A stretch of 64,000 nucleotides of DNA. Origin: Eledone cirrhosa (taxonomy: Eukaryota). Below, piece after piece: positions 14,101-25,952 of this stretch. A program made the translations under genes and the position numbers. The notes beneath the pieces were generated by a model. The model made no database searches. It saw only the letters and a program-made list of their open reading frames with translations, and had not been told where the DNA came from. Where the stretch lies: positions 16,864,001 through 16,928,000 of the forward strand of contig OZ024754.1 of assembly GCA_964016885.1 (NCBI GenBank), in the 5' to 3' direction. Each line of letters begins with the position of its first letter. Positions within the stretch are counted from its first letter, which is position 1.

Positions 14101-14809
14101 CTGTTGGATGTGTAATAGTAATATATGTGAATGGCAAAGCATAAAGGAACTAAGTGAGAAATTAGGAATAAGAGGGATCAGATGCTGTTTATTCGAGAGA
14201 AGACTACGTTGGTATGGTCACGTGATGTGCATGAAAGATGACAGCTGTATAAAAAAGTGCAGGGCGATCAAAATAGATGGTAGCTACGGAGTAGGCAGAC
14301 CCAGAAAAACCTGGGACGACTTGATAAATTCCGACCTTACACACTTACACCTCTCTAAGACAATGTCACTGGACCGAGATCTTTGGCGCTACACAGTCAT
14401 ACAGAAGACCCGCTTTGCCTAAGTACAAAGCGAAACCTACAGTCAGTAGGCACCTCTTAACCAAAAATACACCCCCATCCCACTACCCCTACCCCCATCT
14501 ACACAACCCCTTTCTCTGTAAAGTTATGTTGGTACCACAACATCCGGTCCTAAATAAATGAGCTCGTGTAGGTGTCACGACAAAAAAAACACACGCAGTC
14601 CACGCTGTAATGTGGCCGTGTAAGTAACACGATAAAAACCTCCCAGTCCACATTGTAAACGTGGTTGGTGTTAAGAAGGGCATCCAGCCGTAGAAAATCT
14701 GCCAGATAGTCCTATACAAGCAAGACAATCAATCTTGCCTCATGTGGGACAATTCCCGTCTAAACCCATGCTAGTGTGGAAGATAGACGTTAAACGATGA
14801 TGATGATGA
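11181..14809 (+). mobile_element. RTE LINE family A, near full length, disrupted (APE + RT)
   Basis: APE motifs NVGTL, QETRW, GDLNSHVG, SQIDY; RT motifs QGSVFSP, YADD; stops and frameshifts; (GAT)n tail. Confidence 0.96.
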
Positions 14810-15350
14810 TTCACTGTTATTTTCAGCTTAAACTCTTTATAGGTTTCTATTAAATCTTTTCTTAATTTATCTAAAGCAGGTCCATTAGATAAATGTGGTA
14901 TGGTTAAGCTATCATCCCTGTACAGGCTTAGATCTACATTTACACTAAATTTCTATACATGTATAAACATACGTGTCCATGTCATGCACACAGATATATG
15001 CATATATGTGTATGGATGTTGCATGTGTGTGTGTGAGAATGGGTACATATTCAGTCATATCCAAAGGGATAGATTTTCAAGAGGGACCTCACAGAAGTAT
15101 CACCAGTGGTGAAATACTTGCCAATGGCTGATGAATGAAGCAACAATAACATCAATATATTTTAAAACTTAATTTAATATTTAACCTAATAAGTTGTTCA
15201 TATATACAATTTGTTTGCCAAAGCTCAGATAAGATTAGGGAAAATTACATTTTCTGAATGATTTTTGTGGGGTTTCCATGCATTTGAATGTTATATCCGT
15301 TGAGTATCTTCAGAGTCAAGTCTTTATAAATGTGATATATCTTCTATTTT

Positions 15351-15411
15351 GGAGGAAGCATTAAAAACATTCTGTGATAAAGTATCACAGAATGTTTTTT
15401 ATGCTTCCTCC
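15351..15411. repeat. Near-perfect palindrome, ~29-bp arms
   Basis: GGAGGAAGCATTAAAAACATTCTGTGATA aag TATCACAGAATGTTTTTTATGCTTCCTCC. Confidence 0.9.
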
Positions 15412-15441
15412 ACAAAGTGAATATATGTATATATATATATA

Positions 15442-16745
15442 CAGGGTGTGGACGATATTTGTTGGCAATTTTCAACTGCTAATTTTATGCAAAACTTTTT
15501 TACTTCCGTTGTCACTCTTGTCTTCATAATAACAGTGACTATATTTCCATTATTTATTTTCAGAATAATTGATTATAAATAATTTTGAACCTCCAAATTT
15601 GTGGAAGAGACACAGTGTTCTTCTCGGAATCCGCACCTGGAGGACAAATAAGGAAATTTCAGACTTTCTCAGTGTCAGCAGGAGAATGGTGGAAAAGGTC
15701 AGAAAAGAATTGGAAGATTCAGGATTCGACTACGAAGCAACATCAGAGAGGAAAACACATGGTCAACGATCTGACGCCTTCAGAACGCCTGAGTTCGTCG
15801 CTGAAGTTCAGGATATCATCAACAATGAACTTAACAAGTCGATGCGTGCCATTGCAAGGGAGAAAGGCGTGGATGAAAAGCTCATTAGGCTGGTGGTACA
15901 TGAAGACATTCGCTACGTTTCATACAAGATGAGGAAAGGACAATTTCTGTCAAAGGCGATGCAAGAAAAGCGACTGAAGCATGCAAAGAAGCTGATCAAC
16001 AAGTTGAAACACCCACTGGAGCCAGACATGCTGTGGTTTTTCTCCGACGAGAAAAACTTCTGCCAAGACCAGAAGATCAACTCCTAGAACAAGTGGCTCG
16101 CTGTCTCATCCAAAGACGTGCCCAGAGTCGTGCAGACAAAGTTTCCAGCGACAACATTGGTCTTAGGTGTCGTCAGCAGTCAAGGTGACGTCGTGCCATC
16201 TCACTTCTTCCCTGAGGGCCTCAAGCTGAACACCGATGGCTACATCCGCCTTCTGAGCAAAGTAGTAAAGCCCTGGATCGACCAGGTAGTTGCAGGTAGG
16301 CCGTACATGTGGCAGCAAGACTCAGCGCCCTGCCATACCAGCCGAAAGACCCAAGCCTGGCTGTCAGAGAACTTAGTCGACCACACTTCACCTGACATCT
16401 GGTCTCCCAGCTCGCCTGACTGCAGCCCCCTCGACTTCTTTGTGTGGGGCGCAGTGGAACGGGACACCAACGGATCTAGCTGCAATACGAAAGACGATCT
16501 GAAGGCCAGGATCACAAGTGCCTTTAGGGGCCTAAGTCGGGGGACAGTGACGAAGGCCTGTAGGCGATTCCGAGGCTGCATTGAGGCCGTCATCAAAGCC
16601 AATGGCGGGTTTATCAAGTGAGATCGAAAGAACAAGTCATGAAGACAAACTGACCCAAGTTTGATAAATATATCTTAAAAAATAAAACTACTGTGTTATA
16701 TTTTCCTAGACAGTAATCTTGCGAACAAATATTGTCCGCACCCTG
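15442..16745 (+). mobile_element. Full-length Tc1/mariner-superfamily transposon, DD37D (maT) family
   Basis: TA TSD; TIRs CAGGGTGTGGACGATATTTGTTGGCAA / TTGCGAACAAATATTGTCCGCACCCTG; catalytic FSDE, QQDSAPCH, SPLD with 37 residues between D2 and D3. Confidence 0.95.
15569..16621 (+). pseudogene. DD37D transposase with one in-frame TAG (16085-16087)
   Basis: ORFs 15569-16087 and 16118-16621 are in the same frame. Confidence 0.9.
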
Positions 16746-16786
16746 TATATATGCATATATATATATATGTATGCATATATATATGC

Positions 16787-16811
<25 letters not shown>

Positions 16812-16818
<7 letters not shown>

Positions 16819-18278
16819 ATACTTTGGGAGGGTCATGTTGCCAATCAGAAACACACGCACCAGTTGCTTTCACTCCAATTTATTATAAATTAAATTATAA
16901 ATTTAAAAGTTTATAAATTTCCGGTTGGTTGGTTCCACAACCGGACGGTTGTTCATATATTGTCAAAGTTCTTTCGTCACACATTCTGTGACCTCTTCAG
17001 TGACTGGGGATTCTTTTCTTTGTTTTGTACCTCTCCTTTGTTCTGTCCTACGTCATCTTGTTTTTGTGTGTGTTGTGTGCTTAGTTTGCGCATGTGTTAC
17101 ATCCGGGTGTCTGTGTGTATTTTTATTTGTTTATTTATTTGTTTATTTACATGTTACTGGTTGGTTGTTTGTTCTGTGTGTGTGTGTTTTCATTTTGTCC
17201 TTAATTGTAAGTTGTGATGTTGCTATTCCATTCATGTTATCTATTTAATTTTGGTTGGAGTTAATTTATGTTTATTGCCTCTGTGATTTGTCTAAACATT
17301 ACGTCTTTTCTGTGTGTAGATTTTATTTTTATTTCTTTTTTCTCTAATTTGCCCTTATGTTATATTTTAGAATGTTGGTGGAGTACTGATGATTCTTTTC
17401 TATCTTGAAGCTCTTGCCAGTGTTCATTTAATCGTTCTCCTATACTACGAGCTGTCTCACCTATATACACTATATTCTTATCTTTACATTGTCCTTCAGT
17501 ACATTTTATACTATATACTATGTTTCTAGTTTTACAGTTAATATGGGGGTTTAGTTTACAGATTATGCATTTCTTATCTATACAGGGAGGTCTTTGAAAA
17601 GAGTATGTATTACTAATAAGTGTTTTTATGGAGGTACCTGGTCTTTCTACTATCTTAATATTTAGTTTAAGTGTATCTAGGGCCCTTCTAAATTTGTAAG
17701 CTAATTCACCTCTAGGGGTTGTATTGATGAACATTACACTCTGGTATTTATTGCTATCATACCATGAGTTTATTCTATTAGCCTTATTCCTAGTTCTTTC
17801 TATTCTATTCAAAAATTTGCTCCTATACAAGGGGCAGGTCCCATTTGTATCATTATTTACCATTTTTTCCCATTTGGTTCTATTTCCTCTATATACTCTG
17901 ATTTTATCTCTCTGATTGTAACCAGAGAACTGCATACGGTGGATGAAGTGTTGTATGTGTCTCTCTAGTTCTTTGGGGTTGCACATGCGGGACACGTTTC
18001 TCATCACCCGTACCAAATCCGCAATCAGTATGTTGATTTTGGTGTGATCCAAAACAGCTGATTTTTGGTGGATCAGATATTTGGAAATCATGGGTTTGGC
18101 ATAATGGGAATGGAGGATTTGTTTTTTGTTATTAATGGTTTCTAACCAGAGCTCTGTGTCTAGTACAGGTAATCGATGGTTGGGGTGTTTGCTTGGGTAG
18201 TCTATAGTAACTCTAATACTCTGGTGGATGGAGTTAGCTATTTGCTGGATGCTTTCCATGGTGTTTTTCTCTGATTCC
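16812..18278 (-). mobile_element. Penelope-like element, 5'-truncated (RT C-terminus, GIY-YIG endonuclease, 3' pLTR)
   Basis: RLPVLD (RT), Cys-rich linker CIDKKCIIC, IVYSIKC..VYIGETARSIGERLNEH; hammerhead in the 3' region; ends at a TA tract. Confidence 0.92.
16962..17004 (-). ncRNA. Type I hammerhead ribozyme in the Penelope pLTR
   Basis: GTCA CTGAAGA g GTCACA-GAATG-TGTGAC GAA AG-AA-CT T^TGAC; minimal stem III. Confidence 0.85.
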
Positions 18279-18509
18279 TTTTTGATTTTCATTGACCTCA
18301 TGCGGTACCCATTTATCAAGCTTTTTCACCTTACCAATCTTCTGCAGATGGAGTGAGACTGTTGCAATACCGACATCAAGTGGCTGAGACATTTCTCTGA
18401 CACTTTGATGTGGGTTTTGTTCAACAATTGCTTTCACTTGTTCATTGTCAAGACTGCATGACTGTCCTCTACCTTCCTAATCTTCAAGGCTCTCATCACC
18501 ACTATGGAA
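18279..18509 (-). mobile_element. mariner transposase fragment
   Basis: GDESLED*..VKAIVEQNP..GKVKKLDKWVPHE (WVPHEL-type motif). Confidence 0.88.
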
Positions 18510-18510
18510 C

Positions 18511-20815
18511 GTTAGTCGTTAGTGATATCTCAGTAAGCAAGAGAAAGAATGAAACATACAGGAAGGTTGGAAAAGAAAGGTTTGGAAGCTAAAAGACCTT
18601 TCACTAAAATACAAATTTAGGAAAGCCCTTCAAGATGTGTATGACGAAAAAGAAGACAATTTACAGTCATATGACATAGATGATAACTGGAATTTCTTAT
18701 GTGACAACTTGCTGCAGGCTACTGAAGAAACTTGTGGCTGGAGCTCCAGCCAGACAGAGAGTGACCTGGTGGAAGAACAGCACGGTAGATAGGGCCATTA
18801 GAGACAAAAGACTAGCATGGAATGCTTGGAAAAATGGTGGGAGTCAAGAAGGATATACAGCCGCTAAGAGAGAAGCTAGACATCAGGTGTACTTAGCATT
18901 CAGGGAGGCTGAGAGTAGGAGGTTTGCCAATGTTCTGTGACAGGAAGGTCAGAGACGTGCGGTGTTCCACATTGCAAGGCAGTGTGTCAGTGTAAATCAG
19001 GATGCTGTTGGAGATACGTGTGTCCGATATGATGCTGGTGTACTTAGTGTCACGAATGATCAGAAATAGGAGGCCTGGAAATGTCATTATGAGAGACTGA
19101 TGAATGTGGAGAATGAATGGGAGAGAGAGAAATTACCCCAGTAGATCCGACAGAGGGACCAGCTATTGAGATTGACGAATATGGGGTCCAAGAGGCGAGT
19201 AAGGAAATGAAAACTAGTAAGGCCACTGGACAGTCGGGGATAGTTGCTGAGATGCTGAAGGCATCATGGGACATCATCAATCAGGCTATATATGGTGGTG
19301 TCATACCCAAAGACTGGTGCAGCAATATTCTCATACATTGCTACAAAGGTAAAGGGGATGCTCTGGAGAGGAGAAATTATAGGGGTATAAAACTGATGGA
19401 TCAGATTATGAAAGTGGCAGAAAGGATATTAGTGCAATTAATTAGAGAAAGGGTCAAACTAGATGAGATGCAGTTTGGTTTTGTGCCCTGGGAAATTACA
19501 ACAGATGCCCTCTTCTTAGTGAGACAACTACAAGAGAGGTTCTTAGAGAAAAATAAGCCCCTATATTTAGCTTTTGTTGACCTAGAGAAGACCTTTGATA
19601 GGGTACCCCGATCTGTCATCTGGTGGTCCCTAAGGAAACTAGGTGTTGAGGAATGGCTTGTGAGGACAGTGCAAACTTTGTACAGAGGTACTGTCAGTAA
19701 AGTCAGGGTAGGAATGGAGTTTAGTGAGGAATTCCATATACAAGTAGTTGTACATCAAGGTTTGGTCCTCAGCCCGTTCTTGGTCATTATAGTCTTCCAA
19801 GCCATAACAGAGGAGTTTAAGACTGGCTGTCCATGGGAACTCCTCTATGCTGACGATCTGGTTCTTATAGCAGAATCAGTAGAAGGGCTAGAGAAGAAAT
19901 TCTGGCTATGGAAACAGCAGTTGGAAGCAAGAGGACTGAGAGTGAACCTAACTAGTGTTGATGAGTAGAAAAGAGGACAAAACTCTGATTCCGTCAGGGA
20001 AATGGCCATGCTCGATATACAGTAAAGGAACTGGCATAAATTCTATAAAAATTCTATAAAATGCAAACAATGCAGATCATGGGTACCCAAGAGATGTAGT
20101 GGGATAGCAGGCAAACTAACAGGTAGGGAAAAATACGTATGCAGTAGATGTACAGGAAATTTGACAGTAGAAGTCGCATTGATAGACACATTTTTCAAAT
20201 GCAGGTGGGTTCTATAGAATTGGTTCATACCTTCCGGTACCTAGGTGATCAGATTAGCATGGGAGAGGGGGTGTTCGAAGGCCATAGTATCTAGAATAAG
20301 GACGGGTTGGAAGATGTTTGGGTAGCAGCTTCCTCTGCTGACGAAGGGTTTCTCCCTGCGTGCAAAAGGTCGGTTATATGATGCCTGTGTGAGGTGCGCG
20401 ATGCTGCATGGTAGTGAGACATGGGCAGCAACTGCAGAGGATATGTGACGGCTGGAGAGAAATGAGGCAAGCATGCTCTGTTGGATGTGCAATGTCAATG
20501 TGTGTGAACGACCGAGCTTGGATGTGTTGAGAGAGAAACTATGTTTGAGAGGGATAAGTTGTAGTGTGCGGGAGAGAAGACTGCGATGGTATGGACATGT
20601 GATGCGCATGGAAGATGACCGCTGGGTTAAGAAGTACCAAGAAATGCCAGTTGAAGGAAGACGTATTAGAGGAAGACCACAAAAAACATGGACGGAGGTG
20701 GTGACGAAGGGCAGTGCAGTGACAAGTGGAGAGATGCTGTGCTGAATAGGACCCGTCTCACCCTTGCAAGCAGGGAAAATGGACGTAACATGATGATGAT
20801 AATAATGATGATGTA
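18511..20815 (+). mobile_element. RTE LINE family C, 5'-truncated, disrupted
   Basis: Closely matches 59932-62300; YADD present; (GAT)n tail. Confidence 0.95.
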
Positions 20816-20821
20816 GACATA

Positions 20822-20865
<44 letters not shown>

Positions 20866-20868
<3 letters not shown>

Positions 20869-21066
20869 GCTGTGGGATGCTTAAAGCATCCATAAGCAGT
20901 AGGAAACTCTGCTTCGTAGAATCGAGACGTATCAGACGACCTTGCGATTTCAGAGTCAGGTTCAATCATTACATCGATCGAGCCTCGAGTTGGTCACCAG
21001 AAAAGGGATTGTAATATGTCTAATAAACTTTATTCGTCGCAACATTGATTCTCTGTTACTTATGTG
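20866..21066 (+). mobile_element. Probable Penelope-like remnant with the 3' half of a hammerhead
   Basis: Hairpin GGATGC-TTAAA-GCATCC, then GAA ACTCTGC-TTC-GTAGAAT C; CUGANGA absent; TA flanks. Confidence 0.45.
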
Positions 21067-21105
21067 ATATATATATATACTCAATCTATTTTATTTCTCA
21101 TTCTT

Positions 21106-21140
21106 TCTTTGATGAAGGACTAGTGTCTGAAACGTTAAGA
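21106..21140 (+). ncRNA. Degenerate minimal hammerhead (C3 lost)
   Basis: TCTT [-]TGATGA a GGAC-TAGT-GTCT GAA ACGT T^AAGA. Confidence 0.6.
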
Positions 21141-21252
21141 CCCTCTTCCTACTATATCAAGCGTTAACCTAATATATTCCTTCCATATACTGTACTGATT
21201 GTGTTGTTATTTCTGTTTAGCTTTTACATACATATATATATATATATAAATG

Positions 21253-21363
<111 letters not shown>

Positions 21364-21383
21364 CTATATATATATGTCTATAT

Positions 21384-21722
21384 GGAGGCACATGGCTTAG
21401 TGGTTAGAGCATTGGCCTTGCAATCGAAAGGTTGTGAGTTCAATTCTCAGACCGGGTGATGTGTTGTTTCCTTGAGCAAGACACTTTATTTCACATTGCT
21501 CCAGTTTACTCAGCTGTAGAAATGAGATGATAGGGACTGGGGTCCATATCATTCCACTGCAAAGTGGTCGTGTAGGTGCCATGGCAAAAAAGCACCCAGC
21601 ACTCACTGTAAATGAGGTTGGTGTTAGGAAGGGCATCCAGCTGTAGAAATCAAGCCAGAATCAGTTCCCGTCCCACCCTTGCAAGCAGGGAAAAGCGGAC
21701 GTAAAAATGAAAATGAAATGAA
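21384..21722 (+). mobile_element. tRNA-derived SINE (head 1, RTE-type tail)
   Basis: A box TGGCTTAGTGG, B box GTTCAATTC; 3' end CCCTTGCAAGCAGGGAAAAGCGGACGTAAAA as in RTE family C; second copy at 57363-57695. Confidence 0.9.
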
Positions 21723-22120
21723 TATATATATATTAGTAAAAGGAAAAGAAAATGCTGACAAATTTTTCCCAGTGAAAAATAGTTTAATTAGGAATAAGTA
21801 AAAATTAGTAATAAGTATTGGTTAGTATTCAGTTTTAGTTTTAAGTTTTTACTGGTTGCGCATTTCTTATGCTTTTCAAAAATAATTTAGAGATAGAGCG
21901 CCCGTGATGTTTGCTCTAATCTGATCAGTTTTGGAAATTCTACCTGTTTTATGTGAAAAAAGTGGCTCCAGAGGTATTAAGATTTGGTTGGTTGTTGAAT
22001 GTCACGTGAATGAGTACTATAAGTTTCGCGCCAATTCGTGTTGCAAAAATTCTTGTAGACAAAACAATTTTGATTGGTCGGTAGAGGTCACGTGAATGTT
22101 AAAAATTGATTTTGTGCCAA

Positions 22121-22122
<2 letters not shown>

Positions 22123-22189
<67 letters not shown>

Positions 22190-22213
22190 TCCCCTCTCTC
22201 TCTCTCTCTCTCT

Positions 22214-22259
<46 letters not shown>

Positions 22260-22310
22260 TCCCCTCTCTCTCTCTCTCTCCCTCTCTCTCTCTCTCTCCC
22301 TCTCTCTATA
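22123..22310. repeat. (CT)n microsatellite
   Basis: Direct reading. Confidence 0.97.
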
Positions 22311-22520
22311 TATATATATGTATATATATGTGTGTGTGCCTCTATATATATATGTGTGTGCCTATATATATATATATATATATATAAAAATGTCTATGTA
22401 TATATATATATATGTTGATTTATATATATATATATGTTGATTTATATATATATATATATATGTTGATTTAAAACTGCACTATCCACAAGTGTTTTTTAAC
22501 CTTCAAATCATGTCTTCCTG

Positions 22521-22587
22521 TTTTATCTGATGAAAACACAAATATTATTGCATGATGATATTTGTTTTTGAAATGCGCATAATAAAA
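22521..22587 (+). ncRNA. Type I hammerhead ribozyme, canonical core
   Basis: TTTTAT CTGATGA [16-bp stem II, GCAT loop] GAA ATGCGCAT A^ATAAAA; inside a ~245-bp insert (22468-22712) in (TA)n. Confidence 0.88.
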
Positions 22588-22732
22588 TACATGAAACTCT
22601 TTTAACCATCTTTTGTTCTTATATATTATGTATACTCCAGTCCTACAAACTGTAGAGTGCTTCTTATCCGATATCTGCATTGCTTTATTGTACTACAATA
22701 AAACTCACCTCCTATATATATATATATATGTC

Positions 22733-22763
<31 letters not shown>

Positions 22764-22874
22764 GTCTATATATATATATATGTCTATATATATATATATA
22801 TATGTGTGAATGAAGTAATTCCGTCGGAAAAGTCCAGGAAAAAAGAGTGCTCTATGTAAGCAACAGAGCTTAAT

Positions 22875-22955
22875 TATTATTATGTAATAAACAACATAAG
22901 GCAATTATTCCATTAAATGGAATAATTGCCTTATGTTGTTTATTACATAATAATA
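22875..22955. repeat. Perfect palindrome, 40-bp arms, 1-nt centre
   Basis: 22875-22914 is the reverse complement of 22916-22955. Confidence 0.93.
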
Positions 22956-22997
22956 TATATATATATATATATATGTCTATATATATATATATATATA

Positions 22998-23028
<31 letters not shown>

Positions 23029-23065
23029 GTCTATATATATATATATATGTCTATATATATATATA

Positions 23066-23117
<52 letters not shown>

Positions 23118-23121
<4 letters not shown>

Positions 23122-25890
23122 AAAAACCCGACAACCACCTGATCACCTATAGATCAGGGGAGCACTCTAGTCAGTTAGATTTTATCCTCATCAGAGGACG
23201 TGACAGATGGACGGTCGTAAACACAAAAGCCTTCCCTAGTAAGGAATGTACATCCCAACATAGCTTAGTTGTCAGCGACCTCACGGTCAGAACTAGACGA
23301 ACCCGGAAACAGAGGCCAACCTGGAGAAGAAAGATCTGGAAGCTGAAAGTCCCCTCAACCAGTAACAGATTTAAAGATATTTTACTCAACGCCAACGACA
23401 GTAAAGAAGAACAGATAGAGACATTTAACGTAGAAGAGAACTGGGAGTTCCTAAAAAATAATTTACTAGAGGCGACGGATGAGGTCTGTGGCTGGAGTAA
23501 GACTTCAAGCAGGAGGAGAGTGACTTGGTGGTGGAACAATAAGGTAGATGAAGCAGTTAAGGCCAAGAGACAGGCATGGAAAGAATGGAAGAACGGGGGG
23601 AGCAGGGTACATTACATAGAGACCAAGAGGGAAGCTAGGCGACAAGTATACTTAGCTAGGAGGGAAGCAGAGGATAGAAAATTCAAGCAGGTTTTACAAC
23701 GTGGGGACCAGAAACGAGGTATTCAAGATTGCGAGGCAGTGTGTCAGAGATAGTTGTGATGTCATTGGAGAGAAGTGTATCCGGAATGATAAAGGTGAGC
23801 TTGCCCTCACAAGTGCTGAGAAGAAAGATGCATGGAAGAGTCATTATGATAGATTACTAAATGAGGAGAATGCATGGGAAGAAGAGACCCTACCCCAAGT
23901 AGACCCTATAGAGGGACCAGCAGTACAAGTCAGCAGCAGCGTAGTAAGTAAGGCAATCAAAGATATGAAGATGGGGAAGGCAACCGGTCCATCGGGTATA
24001 GCTGCCGAGATGCTGAAGGCATCTGGGTCTGTAGGTCACACTATAACCACACGTATCGTTAACCAGGTAATACTAGAAGGGGCCATACAAAAAGATTGGT
24101 GCAGTAGCATCATTGTCAACTGCTACAAAGGTAAAGGCGATGCACTAGATAGAGGAAACTATAGAGGTATAAAGTTGATGGACCAGGTCATGAAAGTAAC
24201 GGAAAGAGATATAGCACAGCTGATTAGGGACCGGGTGAAAATAGACGAGATGCAATTTGGGTTTGTACCAGGAAGAGGCACCACTGATGCCCTCTTCCTT
24301 GTGAGGCAATTACAGGAAAAGTACCTAGCTAAAAGTAAGCCACTCTACTTGGCATTTGTCGACCTTGAGAAAGCCATTGACAGAGTTCCACGTGTTGTAA
24401 TCTGGTGGGCTCTTAGAAAACTAGGAGTAGATGAATGGCTTGTGAAAAGCGGTACAAGCCATGTATAGGGGAGCAGTCAGCAAAGTTAGGATTAGCAATG
24501 AGTATAACGAGGATTTAGCGTACAGGTTGGGGTCCACCAGGGCTCTGTTCTTAGCCCTCTCCTGTTCATCATAGTCCTGCAGGCAATAACGGAGGAGTTT
24601 AAGACCGGATGCCCATGGGAACTCCTGTATGCTGATGACCTCGCACTCATAGCTGAATCTATGGTAGAACTAGAGAATAAATTCCAAACCTGGAAGCAGG
24701 GACTAGAAAGAAAGGGTCTCAAAGTCAACATGGACAAAGACTAAGGTCCTTGTAAGTAGACGAGAAAACAGAACCCAGATCCCCTCAGGGAAATGGCCTT
24801 GCTCAGTATGTAGTAAAGGTGTAGGTAGGAACTCCATTCTCTGCCCCAAATGCAAACAATGGGTACACAAGAGATGTAGCGGGATCTCAGGAAGCTTAAT
24901 TAAGAATGTAGGATTCACATGCAGCAGCTGTGCTGAAACAGCAAGCAGCAAACAGCCACAGGAAACAAGTACCACCAATCTCTGGGAGGGACCTGTAGAA
25001 ACAGTAGACAGCTTCTGCTACCTAGGTGACCGAATTAGCAACGGAGGTGGGTGTTCAGAAAGTACAATAACTAGGGTAAGAACGGGATGGAAGAAGTTTA
25101 GGGAACTACTACCACTGCTAGCTGCAAAAGGCTTCTCTCTCAGAATGAAAGGCAGACTGTATGATGCGTGTATCCGAACAGCGATGTTGCATGGTAGTGA
25201 GACCTGGCGCTGAAGGTGGAAGACTTACGTAGATTAGAGAGAAATGAAGCCTGCATGCTCCGATGGATGTGTAACAGTAATATACATGAACGACAAAGTA
25301 TAAATGAATTGAGAGAGAGACTGAGCATAAGAGGAATCAAATGCTGTGTGCAGGAGAGGCGGTTGCGCTGGTATGGACATGTGATGCGTATGAAGGATGA
25401 CAGCTGCATAAAAAGGTGCAGAGCACTAGAAGTTGATGGAAACCGCGGAGTGGGGGAGACCCAAGATGACCTGGGATGAGGTGATAAAAGCCGACCTACC
25501 CAATTACACCTCTCAAAGACAATGACACACGACCGTGACTTCTGGCGTCACGCAGTAATACAGGGTACCCGACCTCCCATGGGTACATGCTGAAGCATAT
25601 AAACAATATGCTCCCACACCCCCCACCGCAAGGTGGTCGTGGAGGTGCCACGGCAAAAAAGCACCCAGTCCACACTGTAAAGTGGACGTGTAGGCGGCCA
25701 CGAAAAAGCACCCAGCACTCACTGTAAATGAGGTTGGTGTTAGGAAGGGCATCCAGCTGTAGAAATCAAGCCAGATCAGTTCCTGTATGAGCAAGGCATG
25801 GTCAGCCGACCAGACACTGCACACAACAGGACAACCCATCTAACCCATGCTAGCGTGGAAGAACGGACGTAAAACGGTGATGATGATGAT
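23118..25890 (+). mobile_element. RTE LINE family B, 5'-truncated, in (TA)n
   Basis: SQLDF, QHSLV, QGSVLSP, YADD; frameshifts; 3' UTR and (GAT)n tail. Confidence 0.95.
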
Positions 25891-25952
25891 ATATGTCTAT
25901 ATATATATATATATATATATATGTCTATGTATATATATATATATATATATAT

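Noticed and set aside
15126-15145. CTGATGAATGAAG as a hammerhead
   Set aside because: No stem II, GAAA or flanking stems.
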